Assembly: GCF_003704095.1 (NCBI RefSeq)
Contig: NW_020843601.1
Span: 62,001-126,000, forward strand
Direction: 5' to 3'
Length of the DNA: 64,000 bases
Origin: Pocillopora damicornis
Taxonomy: Eukaryota
The position numbers and the translations under genes were made by a program. Below the pieces are notes generated by a model. The model saw nothing but the letters and a program-made list of their open reading frames with translations, ran no database searches and had not been told where the DNA came from. Below are positions 21,702 to 34,900 of the stretch, piece by piece. The first letter of the stretch is position 1; each line of letters opens with the position of its first letter.

Positions 21702-24700
21702 GTGGTAGTCTGGTAGTAACTAAAACCATTCCAGGCTGCAAATAAGGAATAAAAACACAAACCATTAGCGCATAAGCAGACGGTTTAAACTATCAATTGT
21801 TCAAGCTCACGTTGGATACTTGAGTTAACTTGAGCTTGATTGAATGATTGAAGCATGATTGTAAAATGCAGGCAAAGATGTATACACGTATAACAATCTA
21901 ATCTTCTCAGACAAGTTGCACGGCTAAGGTTTAGAAGCGGATTTTCAGAGGAAACATGGCTTTACACTTTAGCACTCGATTTAATGCAAGTATCCTTGAA
22001 TTCTCAGTATTTAGTCTTCCGTGCAAACACCGTAAGGAACATTTCGCTTAAAAATTTTGCTTTAATGTCCGTTGAGGCCTCGGATTAAATTTGATGAACC
22101 GAGCCTAGAACTGCTTGAAGTAACTGCTTTACAGTTTGTGCACCTAGAAAAAAAGACTACAGTTTCTCGAATCCATTTTCTCCATCCTTCGCTATTCTTT
22201 TTTTTTTGCGGGGGAAAATGATTGCGTCCTGTATATCTTTTTCTATCTAACAGCAAAGATATAGTGAAGTCCCCTGAAGGTATATTTTGCACGTCGAAAA
22301 AAAATCCCCACACTTCCTACAACCACCAAGGTAATGACTTACATTAGTTTAAATTGACTTTTAAGGGCTGCCTCCACGAGGTCCACGGATCCACAATAGA
22401 TTCACGATTTGAACAAAGGAAACACAGTTTGATATGATTTAGAAAAGGTTCCGTGATTAACCTTTGACTGCGAACTTGCCATACAATGCATCTTAACGCT
22501 ACCACATGGGGCTAAGACGATTAGAATGACTTTCAAGTCTGTTATTTACTGTTAGCACCCTTATGTAGGTTCGTTCACTTAAACACGTTCTCTGTCAGAA
22601 AAAAAAGTCAGGCAAGTTTCGGCAGGCGAAAACCTGTTTCATGAACAAGCTTTGCGTGTCACGTCCGTCAAGTGTTGGAAAATACAATGAACAATATAAA
22701 ACTGAATAAAAGACTTTTGATCAAATTACTTTTATCAACAAAGCAAGTGAGAAGAGAATAATTCCAAGGATCGTTAAAGAAAGGAAACTAGAAGTTTTGT
22801 TCTTTCAAAACTGATTCTTGAGGGATTTGATTCGTACTTTCAATTGCCTTGTGGAGCGATTAGTTCGCTCGACAAGGAAAACATCATGGCAACAAACTTC
22901 TCCACCCATGACGCGAGAGCCAAACCAAATAGATGCTGAATAGCTTAGGCTAAATCTCACCACCTTCAGCGCAAACTTCAAGTTTTTAATATGTGCATTG
23001 CTCGCAACCAAATGTCTGATTCGAATCTTTTACTCACTACTTCTCTATGGGTGTCTCTTATAAATATGGAAGGATGGGCAGTGCCTCGATAAGCTGATGA
23101 TAACTGTGACCAACTGACTGTAAGCTTGAGATAGTCCAAGCATATGAGGATACATGTGCATCACCGCCCCCTGTGGCTCCCATCAATTTACTTCTGAGAA
23201 AGCTATTTTCATTTTACGCTGATATTTAGCATATTCATGTATCGTCCAGCGTACCAGTTAAGAAATAAGTTATACCTCGCCTTAAATTTGCGATTAATTT
23301 TCCAAAATCTTTAAGCCGCTTGCCATCTCCCCCAGGAATGGAGGAAAGTTTGAAAAGCTCGCAGACACCAGATTTTCTTTGTGTATTTTTTCTTCTTAAC
23401 TCAGGCTGAAAAGTTTGTTGTGTCTAGTTTTACTGAATTTAAACTCCGCAGATTTCTTCAGTTCTATTTTGCCCACCCTGAAACAACAAATGCTCTTTGT
23501 GTCTTTTGTTTAAAATTAAATATCAAAAAGTTCTTCATGCACGTCTTGCTAAATTCAAACTCCTATGTTGCACCCAAAATTTTCTACCTTTTCTAGTGAG
23601 GCTTCAAAGTATTTTACGAAATTCGCGTAAAGCTATTGTTACTTTAAATTACAGTTAATTTGGAAATAAGGAAATTTCTCTCTTTCTCAGTTATATGATG
23701 AAAAAAGAGCTTTTGTGTCCAAAGATACCAGACTTTTCCTATTGTTAGTCAGATTGTCTCCCACTTGGTTGAACAACGGTTTAAAAAAAAATCCTTCGAC
23801 TTGCCAGGACTCATCGGTGATTCATGGAAGATCGAACGAGACACGTGTAGACGCTTACACGTGTTGAAATGATCATAAAACAGAAATACCAACGGATTAC
23901 TTGCAGTTGCAAGAATTAAAGCTTTGAAACGACTCCAACATTATGCTCGTTTCTTCTCTAGGTCTTGACTTTTGGCTTCAGTGACATGTGTATGTAATGA
24001 ATTAAACAGAAGGAAGCAAGGAACACTGACGTCCATGCCTCCACTTTTTGCGAACACAATCAAATAAATAACTAAGCAGTGGGTTTTAAAACTAAGTATG
24101 TGCAAATAGCCAATGACAGGACAATGAAATATTGCCTACAGCAGCCTACCTTCTTGTTAAAGAATCTCTCGCAGTTATTTCTCAGAGGAACCCGACGCTC
24201 ATGCCAAACTGAACCCTTAAGTCTGAAAAGATCGAACTTTGTTCAACGTTCATAAAGAATCTCAAATGGTTAATCTTACAAATGTCAAACCTCAAACCTT
24301 ACACTTTCCCATTTAAGTTTAGTATAAACAAATGGCCCGAATGCTTAACCGACAATTATCACGAAAGTACGTACTTAATACATCCCAACCACTAGAAGTG
24401 GCTCACGAAAAACGAGTGGACAAGAATTATTTTTAAAGACCACCAAGGATGGCATCCAAGACGCCTAAATTGGAAAAATCAGTTTTGCATCAATATCTTT
24501 AGTCTGTATCCTTGTTGAATTTATCAGATCGGGAGGCAAAAGGATTCAGAAATGATTACATGCGCTCAAAATTATTTTCCTGATGAACAACGTGCGTGTG
24601 CCGCTATTTGCTGTACAAACAATTCCACGACTTTTCGGAGAGAGTACTCGACTCGTGACCCCCTCTTTTAAACATAATCATCTGGATAAATACCCTTCGG

Positions 24701-26006
24701 TAAAATATCTTGGGCTTGAAGAACCCAGCTCTTTCACCAAACCTTTAGTTTTCGAAATTCATTAGGGTGCACCACTTGGCAAATTAAACCTGACATGATT
24801 AAAGTTAACTTGGTGTGTTGGCTTGGTCCGGGATAGAGAGAAATAGGTATAGACCTAATGACAGCCTTTCACATATTTTGCAGCGCAACAGCTAATCCGT
24901 TGGATAAGCAGCATGGCTAGTAATGATACAAGGACTATTTTTAAATCGCAGCATTACCAACGCGATATTTCCTTCCAACTTACAGCTCTCATAAAGTATA
25001 CAACAGGTTCGCTTTCATTTGGTTTTTCTCTCCCAGTGTGCGCGTAACCTTAGAAATTCGCATCTCATACGACTTTAAGCTGGTGCTCAAAGAAGGCACG
25101 GACGAAGTTAAAGCAATAAAAACGTTCCTATTTAAACGCTATAGCTTCAGCACGAGACTTCAAAACGAGAAAATTACAACCGTGGACCTCAAGGTCATCT
25201 CTTAGCTCTGTAACCAAGTGCTGCAGTGATACGGGAAACTTGTTTGATGTATGCGAAGTGTCTACATCTGGTTCAACCCAAAGATCACGTGGATAATAAT
25301 CATTTGGCACGAGGCAACTGGGCGAGATCCCAATCGTGAAAGGTCAAAGGGCAGTGAAGACCTGCCAGTTAACCGAGACAATGTTTTATATCAAATAACG
25401 ATACACGCCATCACGTCTTAACTGTTGATCATGGAGCTAAATAAAAGCTCGCGTATACTTTATGGCGTGGACCACCCTCGGTGAAGCCTAAGTGGCAGGG
25501 TGTGTACATTGCATAACGCTAATAAGATATGTATGGTGTTGAAAAACAGGAACGTACCCGTATGAAGAGAAAAGAGAAACGCAAGAGAGGATAAGATATG
25601 GTCTTGAAGATCCTTTGATGAGTTTTTAATTGTGAATTTTGTCAATCCCTTAATATATTTCCTTCATGTAAATTGCTAGTAGCTTCTTCTAGAGAGGCTA
25701 GCTGCTTTTGGACTATTTGTTTCGTTCATTTGCAATCAGTGCTTTATATGTTCACAAACCTCAAACGCTTCTGTTCCTGAATTGTTTAGCCTCATGACTT
25801 TGGTGTTTCCTTTTCCCGGAAGCAATTAAGGTGTGAGGTGCGTATAGGGATAAACCAACAATAGATATAACTGGCTTTGAGCAAATACTGTTAACACTAA
25901 ATCCGAGCAGAACTGAATACATCATTTCCCATCCAAGGCAGGAATTCAACTTTAAACTCTACCCTCTAATAACATTACCTGGTGATCCCTTAGATTTTTC
26001 TTTACG

Positions 26007-26217
26007 CCCTTTATGCTCTAACATCAGCATGCACTTTCTCTATACTGTTTTCCATACAAATCTTAAGGCGCTGGCAAGGATAATTTGTTTAACAATCAGG
26101 AGCTTTCTTTTAAGGTGATGATCATTTCTCTTATTCTCGTGAGCTTTATGTTTGATTTGGGGATGAAATTGTAGGGAGAAATTATATGTTAGTCACTCTG
26201 AGCGGTCAACGAGTTAA
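26007..26217 (-). mobile_element. TTAA-ended ~200-bp interspersed element
   Basis: Reverse complement matches the 48434-48630 and 12754-12925 copies. Confidence 0.7.
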
Positions 26218-26570
26218 TGTTTAAATATATTGGTGTAATTGTTAGTTCTTATTCATCATGGAATGATCATATGGAGTACGTTTGTTCGAAGATCAAGGAA
26301 AATATAAATATCATAACAAAAGTCAAGAAATATCGAGCTAGAGAATCTTTACTTTGCATTTATTACACTCGTATTTATTCTTATTTGAAATATGGATCTA
26401 CATTATGAGCTAATTATCATTTAGTCCTCTATCTAAAGTTTTAAGACTTCAAAATAAGGTTAATAAAATTAATTAATAATGTTCCTCTTCGTGCCAATAT
26501 AACACCTCAATATTTTAATTCAATTATTTTTGAATTTCCGGACATTGTGAAACTTTATCCTTTTTTATAC
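26218..26570 (+). mobile_element. Decayed LINE (CR1/L2-type) ORF2 C-terminal fragment
   Basis: FKYIGVIVSSYSSWNDHMEYVCSKI...IYSYLKYG...LQNKVNKII resembles the KYLG..L.W..H / Y...W / LQ..A.RII region downstream of the LINE RT; contains stops. Confidence 0.75.
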
Positions 26571-29500
26571 TTACTGTTATTTGAATATCGTGAATTATAA
26601 AAAATCACATTTAAAATTTCTAGACATGGTAAAATTCATATTTATTTTATTCTTATTATAAGCTGAATATCGTCATTTACATAACAAAGACATAAAATTA
26701 CAACATTACATTACCTTAGAATGATAGATTAAATACAGTGGTATATTACGTTATATCACTGCTTTGTTAACACGGCATTATTACTAACAGTGCTTCATTC
26801 TTAACAGATAACTACAATTATAATTACATTAAATACAAACTTCAATTTTAGATGAATTTATCACAGGAAATTCCGTAAAAACTTTATGCTTATTTGTTTG
26901 TCCATGTTTGCCAATGTGATGCCAAGCCCTGTAATTTAAACTTGGGTTAATTAAGAGAGAAACGTAAGTATACTACTCGCAGAATGTCTTCTGAACAAAT
27001 ATACATCTCTTTTGAACTAAAATCAGGAAATTCAACTATACTATAATTGGATGATAGTTCTGGAATTATCTTTCCCCTCTTCATTAGTTGTAAGCCTGAC
27101 TAAGCAAAATGTTAGAAAAATATGTCTTTTTAAAAATTATCTGTCGCCATGAAAGCGTTTGGGTAGTGCAAATTATGCTGCTTTTGTTGCTCATATTTGC
27201 CTCTACTGCTCATTTGTTTAAAATTTGTTTTAATTTGTAGCGTGAATAGGTATCACTTGTATCATAATTATGTCGATTTCTTCTCTCATTTCATTTTGTA
27301 ATTATGGTTATTTTCTGTTCGGTTTTGTTTATCCTTTATATAGAAATAAATCAAGTAATGGTCAGTAAATGTTTAAATCCTTCAGGGTGATTCGATCTTT
27401 TCTTAGTCCATTTGTCCTACGATAATAACCAGTGGAAAAGATTTTGTTTATGGGTTTTACCTTTTCTTGGTTACCAATCAATGTTACTTCGTCACACAGA
27501 ATTTCGCCATGGGGGAGCTATTTATACCTTCACGAGTGAACTCAAGGTAGAAGAATCAGCAGCGAAGCTGAAGGCACACTTTGTTTACAAAAATGATACT
27601 TTTCTGCTGCAATTTTCAAGAGTGTTCTGCAAATTTTCACAGCAGCATTATTCGATTAGATAAGTTTTTATATGTTTTTTGGCCAGAAAATTGTTTTTTA
27701 TAGTTCGAAAAGTGCAGCTTCTTTACTAATTTGTAAAACAGTTTTCCGAGGAGGCCACAACTGCTACTATCCGAGTCAAACTAAAAGCTCATTAGCGTAC
27801 CTTGAACCTAAAATTCTTATGGTCATAGACAAGGAAATTTTGTTCATAAGTATGTAAATAAACAAACAATGAAAACGCAATCAACTTCGAGAAATGTTCC
27901 ATATTGAAATACTAAAAAATTCTCAGCCTTCGTTACTTCTTGAGTTAATCGTAATTTTTGGAGTACGAAAGCGTCATAACAAATATTTGATATCCAACGA
28001 AACCACAAGGCATTCCCACCAGAAACTGACTGGGTTACTGCAAAGCCATGCATTTCGACCTAGCTACTTTTTAACAACAAGGGAAAGACAAGGCCTGCTT
28101 TCGATAACTATCGCTTCCGACTAGAAATAATCCGGAACGAAGCTATTTTGGTTATTTGACGAAGACGTATGCCTCTCCTTCACCTAACCATTAAGAGAAG
28201 AAAACTGCAGTGACAAGCATTGAAATTGAAGGTAGGAAAAATAATTAATAGCAACTGCTTACCTATCTAGTTTACTTTTATAGTGCCAATGAGTAGTTTG
28301 GGTGATTACTCCGTGAAACGCCCATCTCAAAGATAACTTATTTAATGTGCCGCCTTGAACTTTGTCCAACAGTTATATGAGAAATTGTTTGAATAAGTTA
28401 TCTGACCGATGTCAAATTTCATGTTTCCCAGTGTTAGACAATAAAAAATTTGTAAAACTCAGCTGTATCACGCAATTAGATTTTGCGCACGACAAGAAGG
28501 AAGAGAGGATGCTAAAATGCGGCGAGGTCAATCCACCGATGTACCATCGATAGCAAATCCATATGGGGAACTTCTTAAGATCGAGCCAAGAACAATTAAA
28601 TTGGATAGAGGGATGCACTGACTGAATACAATAGTAAGAGCTTTCCACACCCAGAGTGTCTATTAAGAATCCCATAAGTGGCTCTAGTTGTTGTAAAAAC
28701 AACGCTTTCAGCTTTACTTCTGGAGTAAATAGCGCCAGAATGTCCTAAACATGTGCTCATGGGCTCCTGCGCGTGCCAAGGTAATCGCAAACCCTCTGCC
28801 TATATGTTTTTGTTTTTGGTTCTTAGAGGTACTACTGCATAAAAGAGCCACGTTTTCCCATCACTCGTGTGTAATTGGTTAGTAGATCACGTGGCTTCTC
28901 GTAGGACTTCAAATTAAAAGACTGAGGCAGCTTCATCCAAACCCCAAAAACTCGTGTGATGCAACTCAACGAAATCGAACTATGCTTATGCCAACCTTCA
29001 AAGTAATTTTAGAAATTGATAATTACTTTAGTTATTCGCAATTCACCTACAATGCAGGTTTGCACAGTTGTACTACAGCTCTTGTCCAAACAGTTCAAAG
29101 GCTGTCCTCATAAATTTTGGATTCTACAATTTGAGAGCGATGCTTCGAATGCAAAAGTTCAGTAGACCGTAATTGATCTCATTTGATCACGTGTAAATTA
29201 CCTACTTCAAACACTTCATGACAAAGTTTTCGACGCGAGGCCGTGTTACACGAAGGAGTAAGGTGTGTACAAGTATTTCTGTATACTAAGTACACTTAGA
29301 CGCTTTTAGATTCCACCCAAAGCTTTAACCATAATCAACCATTAAAGAGGTAAATATCATGAGGAAGCCACCGAAGACTATGGATGATATACTTATAAAC
29401 GGTTGTTGTTAGTTTCGATCTCGTCGAATAAAAAGGCGGCACGAGGATATGTGCACCAATCACATAGAACATTTCAACCATTCAGAAATTAACACTGAAA

Positions 29501-29928
29501 AATGTTCTACCTTTACTGGAGATGCAGACTGCACAGTGCCAAATAACTGAAGGCATTTCCTTCCAGAACCACCGTGTCGAGCGTCAAACTTAGTCCTTGC
29601 ACCAAGCTCTCTGAAAGCCATGCTATTACTTGAGTTAGACTCAAAATGGATTTCGCACACGCTACTGGGGTCTCGATCTTCCACTCATTCATGATGGATA
29701 TCATTCACCTCACCCTCGTCGTCATCGAACTTAAAGTCGAAGCCATTCTCTGGTTTGTAACGCAAAGCCCCCACTGGAAAACATTCCAAAGGTGACTAAA
29801 ACCTCGGTCTTAAGGATTGGAAATGTTGCTAATCGTAAATTTTTCCCGTCACCACCCCTGTGCATTGCTGAATGAACAATTCGATGTCACAGAAGTTTGC
29901 AGTCTGGTGACGGCCAACATTACAAGAG

Positions 29929-29973
29929 AGAGTGGGAGCACCTCGACGTATTTGGTCGAGGTGCTCCCACTCT
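29929..29973. repeat. Perfect inverted repeat, 19-bp stem and 7-nt loop
   Basis: agagtgggagcacctcgac-gtatttg-gtcgaggtgctcccactct. Confidence 0.95.
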
Positions 29974-30959
29974 TTGGTTTCAAGATGTGGGGGAATTCAT
30001 TGGCAAAATCTTCAAACGTTCTGTTTTCGTTAGTTTATCCTCGGCATGAATATTTCATCCTAAACTTTCCTTCACTTTACGCGCCATAAGCATCCTCTGC
30101 TTCCTTCACGCAGTTAGTTAGCTCTGCTTGTGTTCATCGTGTGTATCAGTACACCCAAAAGGAGGCTTCGCTACACTGGCTGTCATTTTTGTTCAGCCCT
30201 TTCTTAAATTGCCTAAGATACTGACCGACTACACCGTCTTCAAAAGGGTGTCTTTTAGTTGTCGAAGTTTATATTCGTCACGCAATATATTAGCTCCCCT
30301 TACCTTGGGAGGTAGGAAGCTTCGTGATTACCACAAAAAAAATTTTTTCTTTACGGTGCGGAAGGATGGGAACAGCTTAACAAGTCAAAGAGACAGAGAG
30401 AACGAGTTAATTCGAGCCAGAAAATCTGGTTCCCTATTACCCTAAGGCGAAAATAGTGATCTTACAGTTTCTGTAGGATGTGCTTGTAGCATGTAAACTA
30501 CAATGATTACGTGAAGACATGGCGTACGTTTAAGGCTTTTTCATCGTCTTCAAAGGATTATTTCATTTCCCTCTGCAAATTGGATTCATAAATTAATCAC
30601 TAAGACTCAATGTAGTAAAAAAAAAATGGCGGTCGGTAATGGCGATGAAAACACTTGCATGACATTGCATCGTTTGACTAATAATGTAATCACTTCCGAT
30701 GTGGATCGCGACTTTTCGACTGCACACTGCGAGTCTTCACCTGAAGAGGCCTCGCCCATTTGTCCTGTCATTTTCGGTCTTTTTGTTGATATTTGATGGA
30801 TGAGGTATTTCCTTGAGAGTTCCTTATCAACATATAAAAATTTAATACAGTTCACTTGTCCAATTAGCATTCCATTGACTATGGCTGCCAACTTTTCTTT
30901 GTTCATCTTTCTTTTGTCTTATTAGTATGAAATGTGTTGTGTTAAAACTTTCGTAAATG

Positions 30960-31900
30960 GCATTTAAAATGTTGAAGGTAGAAAAGGAGTGGTACCATCA
31001 CTGATCCTTGCGGTACCATCTCGTTTTCTTGTTAGGCTCTCTGAGTTGACTGATTTATTTTTTCACAATTTAATTTCTCTTCGTTCTTTAATCTCTACAC
31101 CATTGTTAAACAGTTCTTTGTGTTCACAGAATCCATGGTTTTTTGTATCAAATGCCTTGGCAAGATCTGGAAATTCACCAACACTATATTCATTGTCATC
31201 AATTGTCTGTAATATTAGTGTTACAAGCTGCTTTCCTGCCAAGTCAGTGGAATGTTTCTTACAAAAGCTGTATTGGCTATGTTTTCAATATATGTTACAG
31301 TTCTCTTACACACGTTTCTTTAAATTTTTACTAAAACACGGAAGAAAAGGAATCAGTTTATTAAATGAAAGTTTCTGCTTTTGATTTGTCTTTAAAAATA
31401 GGGATTATCAGAGTGATTCTCAATTTCATTTGGTATTAATTGAGTGAGAAAAGTTCGATTGAATGTTTCAGTGATAAATTTAACTATGGAAGTACTTATT
31501 TTCCAAACTACTTTGGTAATATTTCATCTCAGCCAGATACCCTCCTTGATTTCAACTGATTATTTTTAACTTCAAGCTTACTTTATCTGTTACTAAACGG
31601 CTGTGAATATATGAAAGTCATACTACTAGTTACTGTTTCTAAAGATAAAGATGTTTTTTATCTCTTACTTAGGTAAGAGTTAAAAATTGATGTTTTGCAA
31701 TGGAATTTATTCGACCAAGCTTGGATTAACATTTAAAAATACTGATAGAGTTCATTCGTTTTTTGATTTGGTCGTGAAATTATTTACACTTCTTCCTTGA
31801 AACTATTTTGCTTTTCTAATTAAATTTTCTTACCTGTTGATGACCCAATGTCTTGTTAGGATAGCCTTACAGATCTATCCTTTTTGCCATTCAGCGTGAA
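30960..31900 (-). mobile_element. Decayed LINE reverse transcriptase fragment
   Basis: Minus strand reads LPCFSKNLKK, QYSFCKKHST, GEFPDLAKAFDTKNH, VPQGSVMVPLLF, matching LINE RT motifs (QxGFR..HST, DLxKAFD, GVPQGSxLGPLLF). Stops and frameshifts are present; the upstream limit is approximate. Confidence 0.85.
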
Positions 31901-34900
31901 ATTGACGCGAGAACAAATAAAATTCCGCTAATATCCATTTTAACAAAGAGCACTTGTCCAAACAAACAACGAATTAAAAGGCAATTTGTCTACTTTGAAT
32001 TTTGAAACAGTAAAATACAATATTCAAGCGTTTAACTGCCTATAGGGGTCCCACGGGGGCAAAACAAAGCTCTGGAGGTGAAGGGAACTTGAGAGCTGTT
32101 GGCTCTCATTCTAAGTAAGAGAATAGTCATATCGTTTATTGAGCTTCCCTCTGTCAAGTTGTGTAAATTATCGCGTATCGACATCAGTATTTTTCATAAA
32201 GCGTCCTCCAAAAGAAGTTTTAAAAAATTTTTATCTACCAAACATGTGGGTTACACCGCGCACCGCCAATTTTCACATCCTGTTCCGGGCTTCCGATCCA
32301 AAAAAACGACCTGTTAACGATCCTGTTTACGTGTACAATGTTTTGAGACTCCGAGACCCCAAAAAACCACACTCTGTGGGAAGTTACAGATGAGAGAGAA
32401 TGTTCTCCTGAACGGGGTCGTATGCAGTTGACAGCTGCAAATTATAATTGGCTATCAAATGATGATCTTGCTGAAACTTGTCATGTGGAAAATTGGACGA
32501 CTGAAAAGGTTATGAAAGGTATGTTCCATAATCAGTAAAAAATGTGTTTGTGATATCTTCTTGCTAATCTAGAACTTAATCCACCCCTGAAATATGTAGT
32601 AAAAAGAACATACAACAAATCAGGTACATTTTAAGTCAGAAATTGTTTCATATGGTAAATTTTGCCAAATGTAGTGTTCTTCAGTCGAAAAAAAGGACAT
32701 TTCCTGACGCGGTAGATGAAACAAACGGACTAAGAAGACACTTGATATAATTCACACGGTCTTGAAACAAAAGGTCAGAACGAAAAACATAATTCTCCGA
32801 AAAAAATCATTGTATAGTTACACTTATTTCCGAATCTGACCAAAGCAACGTGAGATATTATTTTTTAATCGCTCGATTGTGTGGAGCTGGTGGGGTTTTT
32901 TTCCTCATTACGTCGTCAGCGGACCATTTGTTTGAAGGGAAATTTTATCTCCAGAACACTCTAGATGTATTCTGTTACGCTGTCTGTTATCCTCTCCAGG
33001 ACAGTGGATTAGGAGAAGGTCACTCAACGTTACCTGTCGTATTGAGGTTTAACTGTACTACACTGAGGATATTGCTGGCTAAAAGGATCTTTTTGGGGAC
33101 AGACAGTACCTTTATGCCTGTTTAGGGGTGTTTTGACTGATAGTAGCTGACGGAGACGTTTACTTCTATTTTTGACCTTGATTGTTTGGTCTTGATTCTT
33201 GACACGCGCTGTTTCTATTGATCAATAGACTACGAACGTCACGACTTAATTGGTAGTTTAGTATAGTATTTCGTTTATGTCTCTTCTCGCTTAAAATGAC
33301 AAGTCGCCGACACTGCTAACATCCTGAACAAGGTGACCACGATAGAGACCAAGCCTTCCATGGCAGTACACAAGAGACGTCCAAGTGTGTTATGAAGATA
33401 GATCGAATGAGAGAGATACTCCAGGCAGCCTGGATTTCCTCAGACACCGTTTAGTTCACACATTTAAGAATAAAGAACGGAGTTGTACATATTTCGTCTC
33501 GCGATATTTGAAATTTCCGGTATTGGAAGTAAGCTTCCTTACTCCCCTTACAAACAAGCTGCGTTTGCGTTGTAATCAGTTTAACTTGAGCGATGATCAA
33601 GTTCCTCGTGTTACAATACACCTCACCAGGTTGTTTCCTTTTTTTTATATTCATTCTTTACCAAAACCGCAAAGTTAAAAGGGTAACATAATCACCATCT
33701 ACAGTCAGAAGGTGTTAATGTTCTATAGAGCATGAATTTCTTGAATAATTTATCCATTTCCCGAAGATAAACACTCATTATATGAAATGCGCATTGCACC
33801 ATACTTGACGAGACAGGGAATTACAAAAGTCTTTCCGGAGTTGGGCCTCCTAAACAAGCTCAGCTTGCTATGGAGCTAGAAATTCTTTAAGAAATGTGAA
33901 TTAAAATTCCCAACAAACCTTCACGTGGGAAGAGTATACACGAGTGATATTCATGCGCAACACGGCAGGTTAAATGAGTCGAACTTCTTTGAGCGTCCAA
34001 GAGTATGGCGGGGGTAGACCATATTGATCCCAAAGTAAACTCTTACTCGATTGTACCTTTTCAATGGAAAATGATAGCGTAACATTATTACAACTCACCT
34101 ATAAGAAGCACATTTCAAGCTGCTCACCGCAGTCGACTCTTGCGAACACACGACTGTAGATCTGGGTTTAGGTTTGAAATTGCAAGCGCTCCCAAAGCAA
34201 TATTGCAAGCTTCTGGCCTAATTTACAAGGAGTCTTTCGTTTCACAGTTGCAGTTTCTAACGAAACACCGTTTGTTTCCTTGAAAAAACGACTGGATTAA
34301 TCAGTGAACCACGACTGAAATTTTCGCGTGTTGTTGTTGCGAGTGATTTGCTCATAGTGGGAGGTGCTGGAGGTGCGCCAGAGTATCTGGCGACATTTCA
34401 TCTATTGTTTATGCGCGGTTACGCCTCCGTTGCGCTAACTCGCGAGGTTCCCGCGAGGTTCTTGCGAGGGAAAACAAAATGGCTGAAACCCCTTGCGAAA
34501 AACTTTCTTCAGCACCTTTCTACGAAAAAGTCGGTGTTGCCGATCCGTCAGCGATCACTTCACTTGTTATATTAACGCTGTATGTAAATGGCTATCACAA
34601 AAAGGTATAAAAACGACTCCAAGACACTTGCTTTTCCCTTCTTCCTGGGTGAAAGCCTGTTATGTTGACACATAAGGGGGTAGAGTGGACTAGTTTGAAA
34701 TAAAGGGAAAGTAATTGAAATATGTCTTGTGGAACTTTCATATCCAGCTTTTCATAGTAAACTTAGCTCTACCAATTTTCATTTGGTTAATTTATGTAAT
34801 GACAGTGTTATGATGATTAACATTTGAGAGGGTGGTTATCTGGTGACTGACACTCAGTTAAACTTTACCTTTAGAGAATCAGACACACCCTGGATTAAAT

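Noticed and set aside
23162-23178. CTCF-like motif (gccacagggggcggtg on minus)
   Set aside because: Imperfect single short match, and CTCF is regarded as bilaterian-specific.
30989-31384. 131-aa plus-strand ORF
   Set aside because: Antisense shadow of the decayed LINE RT.
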